Source: a virus (Duplodnaviria; Caudoviricetes). Taken from it: a DNA stretch of 32,669 bases. Shown piece after piece: positions 19,301 to 30,000 of this stretch. Both the position numbers and the translations under genes were made by a program. Each line of letters starts with the position of its first letter. Positions within the stretch are counted from its first letter, which is position 1. The stretch spans positions 1 through 32,669 of the IMG/VR virus record IMGVR_UViG_3300025806_000110; one strand, 5' to 3'. The notes below the pieces were generated by a model. It was not told where the DNA came from. It was given only the letters and a program-made list of their open reading frames with translations, and searched no databases.

Positions 19301-19967
19301 AAATAAAGTGGCGACAGTTACCGTAACCGACGGTGGTGGTTTAACCGACACAGTGGGAATAACTATAGCTGAAAAAGAGGAACTTAAAAAAATCATTCAC
19401 AGAAGGTTTACGGCGCATGTTAAAGAACCAAATAAAGATATAAACCAGCTTGCTAAGACATTTACGTCATACATAGGAAGAGGCAGCGTTAATAAAACGG
19501 TTGATGCAAGTAATCCTAGAGTTGGTAATATAATGTACTCCGACAAGAACAAAACACTTTTAGCTGATAAAATAGCTGAAAGAAGCGGTTTTACTAACTA
19601 CTACGCGGATAATAGACATATAATGATAATTTACAAGTATACTAAGCTCGGTTATCCCATAGCAGGTATAAATGGTAGCGGCAATGAAAATGTCGAAGCT
19701 AAGTATGACTACGTAGTTATACATAGGGATACTTCTGTAATTATATATAAGAGTGAATTTTATACTCCGAATACTTTAGCTATATTAAGGTCTTCAGGCA
19801 AGCCGGGGAAATATAAATCAGACCGTATGGCTTGGGAAGCTGGCCAAAACGACACTATAGCCGCGGCATTAGCGCCTTACAATGGAGGCGGTACATATGA
19901 GAACACCCTATGGACTGACGACGACACTGATGCTAATTGGAAACGATGGTATAAATTTAAAAAATAA
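16374..19967 (+). CDS. Tail nozzle/stabilisation protein main part, with cadherin/Ig-like C-terminal domains
   Basis: Propeller-blade motifs FLNFSQNNLITGINVIEDLLFWTDNRNQPRKIN, RFSYRYKFHDNEYS, NRIVYGNY, RRTYQVGIVLSDRYGRQSPV; cadherin-like TSIDED...SVNNVAP at about 18621-18938. Confidence 0.75.
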   Translation: MAANKIIMQDLSTMAEPVVIVSGDFLNFSQNNLITGINVIEDLLFWTDNRNQPRKININKAINDTSYYDSEDKISVAKYSPYAAPILVEHQNPSTVTNVRTLTNESSISSEYMKENFLRFSYRYKFHDNEYSLIAPFTQVVFAPQNNGCIIADSAETDPNASTLITNETVALAKYGAKNAFRTGRLPVMQNSINNVQLRVPLPMSNDINLGYTRRFDGTVSASSSFDVDGGTLAAGTYIIKGADDSATTDGICQVIFTSNQSGTPITVTTASGTASGSDNDQLAFVPMWENAFNLKSIEILVKESDDAAVRVVGEIDVKDLRSFYDNVDIYPHKVWSNQPTFWRHCVVFNYKSENPYKVLPEGDIVRVSDKIPIQAKSQEVVSNRIVYGNYLSSYQYPTDAAGNKGISYTVSSSAKGAQEITSSVPNDWLNLQHAEFAHRYASIKQRRTYQVGIVLSDRYGRQSPVILSSVKQGKNRALYNVSDTVTVANDPGWNSTLGFSAGPGGSGNFSWSSEEDNIIGKLLTIEFKDSFIVPLEQAYSSNNVLGWYSYRLVVKQTQQDYYNIYASHPATEDANSSSPSYISLFGDNINKVPRSILEVDINKNNLSGSDELLFPKVIQSGATDTESIMQTHDNSTLIDVVNLGTVSQFDTASSPSLPDVVFNQNKNPLLAEILNLNVFYDTTNPTSTPADYEGLTVFETEPFESKLDVYYETSTCGLVTDLNYSLNYAPPASAPTEESIQFTGGSLSTSIDEDIADTTAIGTVEATKGNASNSLQFEILHLWSYLNNNQVDIKNRVSLSTAGALTATGVGFAHRNSAYDEYDLVTLVSEYTSGGAYTGSAIRTLQLSVNNVAPNISAQSVSNVEVLYDERFDTDVVATGEIYTGSADNGGLNAVEKNNGLTFDIDFATLTARDAASSDIVKAWANQAFKVVQQNDKWVLKTTWVYELNDKWDQYGLPGLEQTGKVNKAAFFDSTNKVATVTVTDGGGLTDTVGITIAEKEELKKIIHRRFTAHVKEPNKDINQLAKTFTSYIGRGSVNKTVDASNPRVGNIMYSDKNKTLLADKIAERSGFTNYYADNRHIMIIYKYTKLGYPIAGINGSGNENVEAKYDYVVIHRDTSVIIYKSEFYTPNTLAILRSSGKPGKYKSDRMAWEAGQNDTIAAALAPYNGGGTYENTLWTDDDTDANWKRWYKFKK

Positions 19968-19971
19968 ACAA

Positions 19972-21351
19972 ATGCCTATAAAATTAGAAATATCGTACTT
20001 CAATACATTCATTATATCAAACTCGGCGACTAGTGATAGAGATGCTATAGAGGGGATTTGGTATGTGGAAGAGTCTAGAATAAAAGGTAAGTATAACGGG
20101 ACGCAAGTTGACTATGGTGTGAAGGCTTACATGACCGACACTGACTACGAACCACAGAGGAAGTCTAATGAATTAATATACTCTGGAATATACAACAAAA
20201 AAACAGGTGTTAACAGAACTAATGAATTTCCTACTGGTAGTGATATAACTCGAGCGCTTGATCCAAAATATGGCTCCATACAAAAGTTATTTGCTGAAGA
20301 CAATAGCTTAAACATTTTCCAAGAAGCGAAGGTGCATTCGGCGTTAATAGATAAAGATGCTATTTATACCGCTACTGGTAGTGAGCTGATAGCAACTAGC
20401 AATAAAGTAATTGGCAGCATAACGCCTTACTTACACGCTAACGGTATTTCACAACACCCTGAGACTCACTCTTACCACAACGGCAGGCAGTATTTTGCAG
20501 ATAAAGATAGAGGCGCTATTTTACGGTTGAGTAGAGATGGTATCACTGAAATATCTGAGTATGGAATGAAGACGTTTAGTAGGGAAGCCTTAGCTAATGC
20601 TGATTTTATTAGAGGTATGTATGACGCAAGAAGATCTGAGTACGTACTATCTATAGGTAACACAGATGAAACAGACAGTGATATATCTATCGGTAAGAAG
20701 TTTAATACGTTAACTGAGGAAAGTGATGAAATGAAATTCATTACAATGGGCTTTTACGAAAAAAACAACGGATGGACTTCAATATATTCATATAAGCCAA
20801 GTTTTGGGTTTAGCTATAAAAACAATTTTTTTACGTATAACAATTATAATTTATGGCAACATTATAGCCAAAATGTTCCTAGATGCAATTTTTACGGAAG
20901 TGGTAATGATCCTGCTTATATTCAATTAATAATAAACGACCAGCCATCTAACGTTAAAAACTTTTTAACCGTTAACTACGAAGGTTCTCACGGGTGGACG
21001 GCTACTGATATAAATTCTGAAAAATATGGACCCGTAAATGGTTTGGCTGGTTATACAGAAACACTAGAAGAAGCATATGACATACCTGTCTGCGGATCGC
21101 AGATGGAAGGTGATGATGGTATAAGCGTAAACATTGGATTTATAAATAAAGAAGGTGAATACAATGCGGGTTTAATAAACAAAAATAATGACTTCTATCA
21201 CGATTTTGAGTTTTCTCACACAAGTGGTTTAAAAGGACATTATTTAGACCTAACCATGTCAACCAGAAATATTAACGGAGCAACAGCTGCCCAAGAAGGT
21301 CCTGTATCACTTTTTACTGTATCTTCGGAAGCAAAAGTTTCTTCTATATGA
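19972..21351 (+). CDS. Tail stabilisation protein C-terminal-type subunit (459 aa; ATG 19972 preferred over 19882)
   Basis: ATG 4 nt after the previous stop; LIYSGIYN, YGSIQKL, YFADKDRGAILRLSRDGITEISEYGM, GWTSIYSY beta-propeller-like motifs. Confidence 0.7.
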   Translation: MPIKLEISYFNTFIISNSATSDRDAIEGIWYVEESRIKGKYNGTQVDYGVKAYMTDTDYEPQRKSNELIYSGIYNKKTGVNRTNEFPTGSDITRALDPKYGSIQKLFAEDNSLNIFQEAKVHSALIDKDAIYTATGSELIATSNKVIGSITPYLHANGISQHPETHSYHNGRQYFADKDRGAILRLSRDGITEISEYGMKTFSREALANADFIRGMYDARRSEYVLSIGNTDETDSDISIGKKFNTLTEESDEMKFITMGFYEKNNGWTSIYSYKPSFGFSYKNNFFTYNNYNLWQHYSQNVPRCNFYGSGNDPAYIQLIINDQPSNVKNFLTVNYEGSHGWTATDINSEKYGPVNGLAGYTETLEEAYDIPVCGSQMEGDDGISVNIGFINKEGEYNAGLINKNNDFYHDFEFSHTSGLKGHYLDLTMSTRNINGATAAQEGPVSLFTVSSEAKVSSI

Positions 21352-21947
21352 CAGAGCAGGATATTAACGAGCAGGTATTAAATTCACCTTTAACAAAAGA
21401 GCAAGCGAAAAAGCAGTGGGTAAGAGCTACTGAAAACATGAATATAAAGCATTCTTTTACGTTTGATGAAATGTGGGAAACGGCGGCTGAGCTAAGAAAG
21501 AAAAAAAAGTTTAGAGATGAAATTACTTTAGCCCATGAAGCGCTGGAAAAAAATGAAAAAGCAATGACGGGTGAAGAGCTGCATGCTTACAACCCGGTAA
21601 AGCACACATTTGCAGATAATTGTTACGTTAGAGAAATATTTAATCCAGCTGGACAAATAATTGTAACTAAAATACATAAAAAAGAACATCCTTTTTTTTT
21701 AATGAAAGGTACAATGTCCATTTTAACCGAAGATGGAGTAGTTAAAATAGAAGCTCCTCACAATGGTATAACAAAGCCGGGCACTAAAAGAATAATTTAT
21801 ACACATACAGATTGTATATTTATTACAGTACACGGAACAAACAAAAAAACACCACAGGAAGTTGAAGAAGAAGTTATTGCTAAAAACTTTGACGATCCTG
21901 TAATATCAATAGAAGAGATTAATTTACTAAAAACAAATAAAGAATGA
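21348..21947 (+). CDS. Cupin-fold (double-stranded beta-helix) phage protein
   Basis: KHTFADNCYVREIFNPAGQIIVTKIHKKEHPFFLMKG...KPGTKRIIYTHTDCIFITVH, a cupin-like strand pattern with His residues. Confidence 0.6.
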   Translation: MTEQDINEQVLNSPLTKEQAKKQWVRATENMNIKHSFTFDEMWETAAELRKKKKFRDEITLAHEALEKNEKAMTGEELHAYNPVKHTFADNCYVREIFNPAGQIIVTKIHKKEHPFFLMKGTMSILTEDGVVKIEAPHNGITKPGTKRIIYTHTDCIFITVHGTNKKTPQEVEEEVIAKNFDDPVISIEEINLLKTNKE

Positions 21948-22621
21948 GTTTTATAGCAGGCGCAATAATTATTGGTGCATCAGTTGCCGTTGCCGCTGGC
22001 GGAACAACTGCTATTATGGCAGGTGTGCAATCTAACAAGGCTAAAAAGCAAGGAAAAAAATACGCTGAGCAATTAGCTTCTTTAGAGGCTAATAGACAGG
22101 AAATAATAAATCCAGCTGATGCCGTTAAAGACATGAGCTCCCAAATACAAAATCCTTATGCTAATTTGCAGGTAGCCACGCAAGCTGCGGAAATGCAAGC
22201 TACACAAGCTGACATATCATTAGCAAACACACTAGACTCTTTAAGATCTACTGGCGCTGGTGCGGGTGGAGCAACTGCTTTAGCTAGAGCAGCAGCCCAA
22301 AGTAAAAGAGAAGTTTCAGCTAGCATAGAGTCTCAGGAAGCCGCAAACGCTAGACTAAGAGCTCAGGGTGAACAACAAAGACAACAATTAGTTTTGGGAG
22401 AACAAGCTAGAGTACAAAATGCCCAAATGGCAGGAGCCCAGTATATGTTTGGAGCGCAAGAACAAAGAGAAATGACTCAATTAGATAGAATAGCTGGTCA
22501 ACAACAAAATGCTGAATTTCTAAAAGCACAATACCAACAACAAATGATGGGTGCAATATCTAGTACCGCTTCTAATACCGCTTCTATGGGTGCAGGATTT
22601 GCTTCAGGTGGGGGTTATTAA
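21944..22621 (+). CDS. Internal virion / DNA ejection protein (small, P22 gp7/T7 gp14-like position)
   Basis: Hydrophobic Gly/Ala N-terminus, Gln/Ala-rich coiled coil and Gly-rich C-terminus; first of three genes after the tail. Confidence 0.6.
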   Translation: MSFIAGAIIIGASVAVAAGGTTAIMAGVQSNKAKKQGKKYAEQLASLEANRQEIINPADAVKDMSSQIQNPYANLQVATQAAEMQATQADISLANTLDSLRSTGAGAGGATALARAAAQSKREVSASIESQEAANARLRAQGEQQRQQLVLGEQARVQNAQMAGAQYMFGAQEQREMTQLDRIAGQQQNAEFLKAQYQQQMMGAISSTASNTASMGAGFASGGGY

Positions 22622-22633
22622 TAAAAAAACAAA

Positions 22634-24058
22634 ATGGCTGAAGAACAAAAAGATTATAGATCAAGAATTTATCACGATCCTGCTAGCAACGTTAAAGCCG
22701 GCTCTTATAGATCGACTGGGGCTTATGCTAATCCAGCGGTATCCTACGTAGACTATACGGTAATACAAAAAGCAGGAGATGCTGCCGCTAGAAATATTTC
22801 AAGTGCCGTAATGGCGAAGCAAGATGCTAGGCTTAAGTTTGAAAATGAAATAAAAGAAAACTATAGTAAGTATTTAGAATCAGCTGCAATAAATACTTCG
22901 CTATCTCTTGGTGATATGGTCCAAGATGAACTAAACGAAAACCTAAAGTCTTTTGATAACTTTTTAGATTTAGATCAAAGACAGCAAGCGGAAACACTAA
23001 GAGGTGTAGAAGAGTTCAATAGTAAGAATAAAATCATAGATAAAACTATGAAAGAAATAGGATCTTACGAGATAGATATAATGGACCTTGATAAGCCTTC
23101 TATGAAGATAGTTAACTCTTGGATGAAAGGAGATATGGACGCCGTTAAGTCTATTGCTTATACAGATGGTAGAATTGGCGCTGATTACGAATATACTAAC
23201 CCAGAGACTGGAGAAAAAACAATTGTTACGCAAAGAGATATATTAGCAGAGCTATCTACGTTAAAAAATATAACACCAGAATTAGAAGCTTTTGATAGTG
23301 CTACTACGGCAAATGCTAAGCTACAGCAAAACATAGTCAACTCAGACGCAAACCGTTACTCTAAAAGAGACATTATAGCAGAGCAAGCGCCGAAGTTTTT
23401 AAATGCGATGGAGCATGATACCAAAGTATTAATATATCAAAACAGGGTAAACAAAGGCATCGACTATCACCCTGAATCATTAGACGGCTTTGATTTTGAA
23501 AGTGAAGATGAGATGAAGTCTTATTGGGCGGAGCAAGACAAGGAACTACTCGGTTATATAACTAACCAATTTGATGAAAAAGTAATGCAACCAAAACCAG
23601 CTATATATGTACCAAAGTCAACAGGTAGTACAGGAAGCGGGGGTAGCAATAGTGGCAGTGAATATGGAGTTAGACCAGCGGCCACTGTAGTTTTAGATCA
23701 AAACCTAATGAAAGGTGGTAAGTTTAATCCAGATAAAGCAAAGGCCGCCAAGGAATCTATTGAGTCTAAACTATTAGACATAATATCAGGTGGTAAAAAA
23801 TTTACGCAAAGTCAAGCCGATATTGATAAAGCTGCTTTAGCAGCGGAAGACTACATTAAGTCTCTTAAAAATGGAACAGATGCTAATACCGCTAGAATAT
23901 TACAAGGCTCTAATACAATAATTAACAATAGATATATACCAATACAAGATCCGTTTTTTATTGTTAACGATGCTGGGGAGATAGAATTACACTACAGCTT
24001 AGAACAAAAAGGAAGTCAAAGCACAGGCGGAGTCAGAGGAGAATATGACGATATTTAA
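22634..24058 (+). CDS. Internal virion / ejection protein (middle, 474 aa)
   Basis: Helical charged protein between the small and giant ejection-protein candidates; positional inference. Confidence 0.5.
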   Translation: MAEEQKDYRSRIYHDPASNVKAGSYRSTGAYANPAVSYVDYTVIQKAGDAAARNISSAVMAKQDARLKFENEIKENYSKYLESAAINTSLSLGDMVQDELNENLKSFDNFLDLDQRQQAETLRGVEEFNSKNKIIDKTMKEIGSYEIDIMDLDKPSMKIVNSWMKGDMDAVKSIAYTDGRIGADYEYTNPETGEKTIVTQRDILAELSTLKNITPELEAFDSATTANAKLQQNIVNSDANRYSKRDIIAEQAPKFLNAMEHDTKVLIYQNRVNKGIDYHPESLDGFDFESEDEMKSYWAEQDKELLGYITNQFDEKVMQPKPAIYVPKSTGSTGSGGSNSGSEYGVRPAATVVLDQNLMKGGKFNPDKAKAAKESIESKLLDIISGGKKFTQSQADIDKAALAAEDYIKSLKNGTDANTARILQGSNTIINNRYIPIQDPFFIVNDAGEIELHYSLEQKGSQSTGGVRGEYDDI

Positions 24059-24067
24059 ATAAAAACA

Positions 24068-27000
24068 ATGGAGAAACTTTATAATAAGTTACACGAACAA
24101 GGCCTTTATACTAAATCGTTTGAAGAGTTTAAAGTTCAATTCAACAATGAAGAGTCTGTAAACAAGCTTTACAACAATCTTCATTCATCCGGACAATATA
24201 CAAAAAGTCAGGATAACTTTAAGCAACAATTTGGTTTTCAAATGGGAAAGCCACAAGGTGCTCAGAATGCGGTTGTGACTGCGGCACCGGGGGAAGAGCA
24301 AGCCGATACTACAAAGTATACAACTCAGTTAGAAAATGGTTTCAAAGGATCACCGGAAGAGGATCCTATGGAAGCCACAAGAAAAGCTAGAGAGTATGAA
24401 TTAAACAACCAAACTTGGATTGAAAGAACTTTTGATAGAAATCCATTAACGGAATTTGCAGGTGATATGTATAGAGCTGCTGCTGGTGGCTTTGTTGCAG
24501 GTGACGTTTCAGATGAAGCGCTAGATTTGTTGTCGGGTTTTACGAGTGAAGAAGACATAGAGGAATGGATAGAGGCTCATGAAGCATCGTCTAAATACCA
24601 ACAGTCAGATGAAATGGCTGAGTTCAATAGAATTGCAGACGAAGAAGGTGTTTGGGCTTTTGTTACAAAGGCTATAACTGAAAAGCAAAGTTTACTTAAA
24701 GTTGCTCCTGAAATAATGATACAAAGTGTTGCTCAAATGTTGGGTAGCGAATCCGCTTTAGCAACCGGGGGTACTGTTGTTGGAACAGGTACTGCTATAG
24801 GTGCGGTTGGAGGACTTGGCGTTCTGTCGGCAGGGACAGCAACTGCAGGCGCTATTGCATCTATACCGACTGCTTATGCAGCCGCTGGAGCTGTTTTAGA
24901 AGCAGGTATGTCTTTCTCTGGATATATAGATGAAGAGCTACAAGAAAGAGGCTTAAAGCTCAATAAAGAAAATGTTAAAACTTTACTAGAAGACGACGAC
25001 TTTGTTATAGCTGCTAGGGCAAAAGCCGCTTCTAGGGGAATTATTATAGGTGCTGTTGATAGAATGACAGCGGGGGTGGGTGCTAAAGTAGGAGCTAAGC
25101 TTGGAGCAAGCACGCTTAAAAACGTTGGTGCACAAGTTGTTATAGAAAGTGCTGGAGGTGGCGGTGGTGAAGCTGCAGCTCAATTACTAACAGAGGGTGA
25201 ACTAGAAGTTAAAGAAGTATTTTTAGAAACGCTTGGTGAAGCGCCTGGTGCTGGTGTCAATATAGCTAAGACTACACTACAAGCAATGCTACCCGGTGAA
25301 TACAAAATAGAAGGACAAACCGTAGGTAAAGAAGAAATAAATAGTGCTATAGATAAGTTTGAAGATACAGACTTTGCTAAGACTAATTTTGACATTAAAA
25401 ATAATCCGGCTTTAAAAGAAAAAGTTGAGAAAAGAAAAACAGAGTTAAAAGAAAAATCAGAGGCTTTTGAAGCTAAGCAAACTGAAATACAAGAACAAGT
25501 TGACATAGATAACAAAGCTGACGAAGCTAAAATAAAAGAATTAAGAAGCACGTTAAAGGAAGGCCCAAAACAACCAGCATACGACAAGCCAACAGTATTT
25601 ACGACCCCAACAAGTGAAAGATATGGGACTGTAAACAGACAAGACGGTAAAGGTGAGGTAGCTCTTACGGAAGAGGAGTACAACAATGAAGTCTCTTTGT
25701 TTGAACAACAACCAACAGAAACTACAAAAGAACAACAAGCAAATACTTTAGATAAAATAAAGTCCTTAAAAGAAGGCATAGAAAGTAGAAACACTAACCT
25801 ACAAGAATCTGCGGCTTTATTAGAGTCTGTAAAGAAAGGTTATGTTAACGAAAAGCTTGGCAAAAACATTGACTTCGCTAAGCGATATGCTAAGTTTTTT
25901 AACTTAAAAGTTATAGATAACTTAACCCCAGAAGAATTAATGGATAAGTATTCTTTAACTAAAGAAGAAACTGAAACTGTTGCTGGTTTTATTGACGATG
26001 GCACTGGCGAAATAGTAATAAACAAGCTTGCTGCTTTAAACCAAGTAGACGTAAACGTTGGATCGCACGAGTTATTGCATGGTATAATGACCTCTGTGTT
26101 TAAAAACATAAACGAAGCAACAGGTATAGACTCTAAAGTAGAGCTTGTTAATAGCTTCTTAAGTACACTTAGCACTGCTGATCGGAAAAAACTAACCGAC
26201 ACTATAGAAGTTAAAGATAAAAAAGGTGAAAGAATTTATAGTGAAGATTATCTACAAAAAAACCCTGATGAATACTTAACACAGTTTAGTGATTTAATAA
26301 ACAATGGTGAAATAGAATTTAACGAAACCACGTTTGAACAACTAGGTGATTATTTTACACCTATGTTTAGAATGTTTGGTATGAAAAAACTGAAGTTTAA
26401 AGATGGACAAGACGTCTATAACTTCATGAAAGAATATCAAAAAAGTATTAAATCAGGAAAACTACATAAGTCGTTTATTGCCGCAACTGGCGGTAGTGTA
26501 AGTGGTATAAATATTCAGCTAGATGAAATAGTTCCAACAGGAAGTGTTGCCGCTGTTACTAAAGAAGAAGAAGAAAAAGTTGAAACTGTTACTAAAGAAG
26601 AAGAACCAGTTAAAGCTGAAGTTGTTACACCAGAAACAAAGCAAAAACAAAAAAGACAGCGCAAGCCGGCTACTAAGAAAGTTGAAGCTAAAGAAGAGCC
26701 TGTGGTTTCTCCACGTAGACAAGCGGCTACTGATATGCGTAGCATTGCTGCTTTAACTAAAAAAGAATTTGCTGAACTCTTTAAAGACAAGTATAAAACT
26801 GCTAGAGAAGTCGATGTTAATTATGAAAACTATATTAACCAAAGATCTAAAAAAGAAACTAAAAGAAGAAGATCAGAAAAAGTAAGGTTTTCTCAAAAGG
26901 GCGCGCCTATAGGAGACCAAATAAAGTCAATAGTTCCAGACGGAACTACAAAAGATGAATACGATACTTTTAACTTAATAGAGGCCTACCAAAGATTAGT

Positions 27001-30000
27001 AGCTGGTAGCATGCTACACAACGTGATCGAAAAACAGCTTAGGAATAAAGGTGGTATAATGGAGGACCAGGTTGTCGACGGGTTTTTAGAAGACGTTAAG
27101 TCAAACTTAATGGAGAGATCTATAATGAGGTTTAATCCTGAAAAAAACGATGACTTTGGCGGCTTTATTATTAAAGAGTTGACTAGCTATAGTATTCCAA
27201 ACATTATTAAGGAATACAAAAAACAAGGTAAGATTGTTAGCGAAGATGTTGATGTTCCGACTAGAAGCCTGGATGAATCTAGAGAAGGTTCTCAACCAAT
27301 GCAAGTAGCTAGTGATCAAGTAAATCAAGAAGAGCAGCTTGACATTAAGATGCAGGAAGAAGCTAAGGTTGAAGAAAAAACATTTAGAGAGAAGTTAGGT
27401 ATTATAGAAGAAGATAGCCCAACTTATAATAGCATATTTCATTCTGTAACAAAAGTTTTTGGAACTGCTTTAGATCAAGTGAAACCAGACAAAGTAGGAT
27501 ACAGAATAGCTAATAGAACTGGACTTAGACAAAAATTAATTGAACAATATCGCTCAGACATTGAGCCTCAAATTTCAGCAATACTTGGTGGGTCGGTAGG
27601 TAGCAAGTCTTATAAAGACTTCTTAAACAACAACATGGAAGTTATCTTAGAAAAAGTACCACTAAGAGAATTTGTTCGAATGGAAATGAAGTCGGATGAA
27701 AAAATATTTGCAAAATTAGTTAAGAAAAACGCAAATCCAACTGCGATAAGAGAGGCATTGGCAAAAGGTCAGTATGTAAAAGAATCAGTATCTCTTACGG
27801 CTGGAAACAATATATATGAACCACTAAGTGTTACGCAAGAGCAATTTAATAAGTTCTTTTTAAAAAATGAAAATAGAAAAAAATCTTTAATAAATAGAAT
27901 TTCTACTGAAATAGCTTTTGATGCCACTATTGTAGCTCTACAAGATTACGATTTAATAGATAAGTATAATGAAATACTAGAGATACAAGGTAAAACTGTT
28001 GTTGATAATACGTTAGCTGAGATTGGAAAAATATTAGAGCGAGATCCAAGATCTGTTAGATGGAGTAAGTATGCTAGTCCTAGCGATAAGAAAGCATTCG
28101 CAAGTAAAGTAGCTCAGTTAACAAAAGAACTTACTCCTAAAGATGGTAAAAAAGAAATAAGAAAAGCATTTGATAAAGTTTTTGCAAATCACAATTGGGA
28201 TAACAACTATGATGAGCTGTTAGTAAACTACATAGATAAAAGATTAAAAGAAGAAACAAAACGAAAAAACAAACGTAGATATAGCGTTGTAGGTCGTAAT
28301 GCTAACCTAACCGGGCAAAACAAGAGAGACAAGCGTACGGCTATAAAAATGAATAAAAATGGTGTTGATGCTTTAACTATAAAGCAAAAAACCGGTTGGG
28401 AAATAGTAGCTTCAGGAGAAATCAACCCAATGACAGGAGAAGCAACCGACGGTAAATGGGGTTACGAAATAAATCCAGAAATAGATACTATAATCAATGC
28501 CGTTGAAACGGTTGCTTATGGCATTGAAAAAAATGCTATTAAGTCTTTAACTTCGTCATCATCTACTGCAGATTTATCTTCATTTTTATCTTTAACAAAC
28601 CCGGACAAGGACATTGTTAAAACTTTAGGTGATTTATTGCCAGAAAGATATTTTGAGTATTATCCTACAATAGCGAATATTGATGTTCGTTTTTCAGAGG
28701 ACTATGTAGTTGGCGAAGGTTCGACAATATTCTATGGCGATCCTGATGTTTATAGACAAGGTGCTCCAAGAATTAGTTCTATTGTAATTGGAACTAAGGG
28801 GTTATTAAATAATAGAAAATCAGGAATTAAAGGCCTGGCAAATGCTGTTTTGACTGAAGGTGCTGATGATCCTGTTATTGCTATGACTGGGTCATTAGTA
28901 CACGAGCTTCAACATGTAATACAACTTCACGAAGATTTTGTATCTGGAGCCTCCGCAGAAATGTTTTTAACTGACAGAGCAGAATACCTTAGACAAAGAA
29001 TTATTGATTTAAAAATTGAAGCGTTAGACGCAGAGCAGCTAGATGATAAGAAAATGCTTGAAGCCACAATTGAAAATCTTACAAAAGAATTCAATCCTTT
29101 ATATACAAAAGCCTTTGAAATTTATAAAAAAGTAGCAGGAGAAGTTCAAGCTGAAAGCGTTTTTGAAAGAGCTTTCTTAACAGAAGAAGAAAGAAGAAAT
29201 AGACTAATGCTTGAAGATGAGTTTTTTAAAGGAGAAAAAATAAACAGAAAAGATCAACTAAGTAGAGCTCGAGCATTACAAATCGTAGATAAGCAAAATG
29301 CAAAAGATAGGTTAGAATACCCTAACGAAACGAGTCGAAGGTTTTCTAAAGGAACTGGTTCACCAAAAAAACCTATCCAACCAGCAAAAGAAACTAAGTC
29401 TTTAAATAGTTTTCTAAATCAATCTGCGGTAGATGATAACGAATTTGTTAAAGATAAAAATAAAGATAAAAAAGCTGAAACTGTTAACTCACAAGTTTTT
29501 AATAAAATATTAGAAATAACAAAAGGCGTAGATAGATCTAAAAAGTTTTCTAAAACTCAAGCCGCCGCTAAAGCACAGAAGAAAAAACGTAGAACATTTT
29601 TTATACCCCCCTCAGCAGAAGATTTTGTTGGTCTCTTGTATGCTTTTCTAGCCCCTGGCAAGATTGGTGAAGAGCAATATAAATTCTTTAAAAATAATCT
29701 TATAGATCCTTTTAATGTTGCGATGAATAACTTAGCAGCCGCTAGGCAGTTGCTAAATAAAAAATATACAGCGTTGAAAAAGAAACATCCTGTTGTAAGG
29801 AAAAAACTTTACGATATAATACCCAACATGGATTTTACCTACGACCAAGCTATAAGAGTTTATTTATATGATCTTGCTGGATTTGAACCAAAGGGTTTAA
29901 ACGAAAAAGAGCTTAAATCTATTATAAAATTTGTTGCTAATAATCCAGATGTAAAAGCATTTGCAGATGGAATTAAAAGCATAACAGGTGTTGAAGGAGG

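Noticed and set aside
21944-24070. Three ejection-protein genes all in the same frame, suggesting stop read-through fusion
   Set aside because: Junctions are TAA-TAA (22619-22624) and TAA, each followed by a normal A-rich start; same-frame arrangement is plausible by chance.
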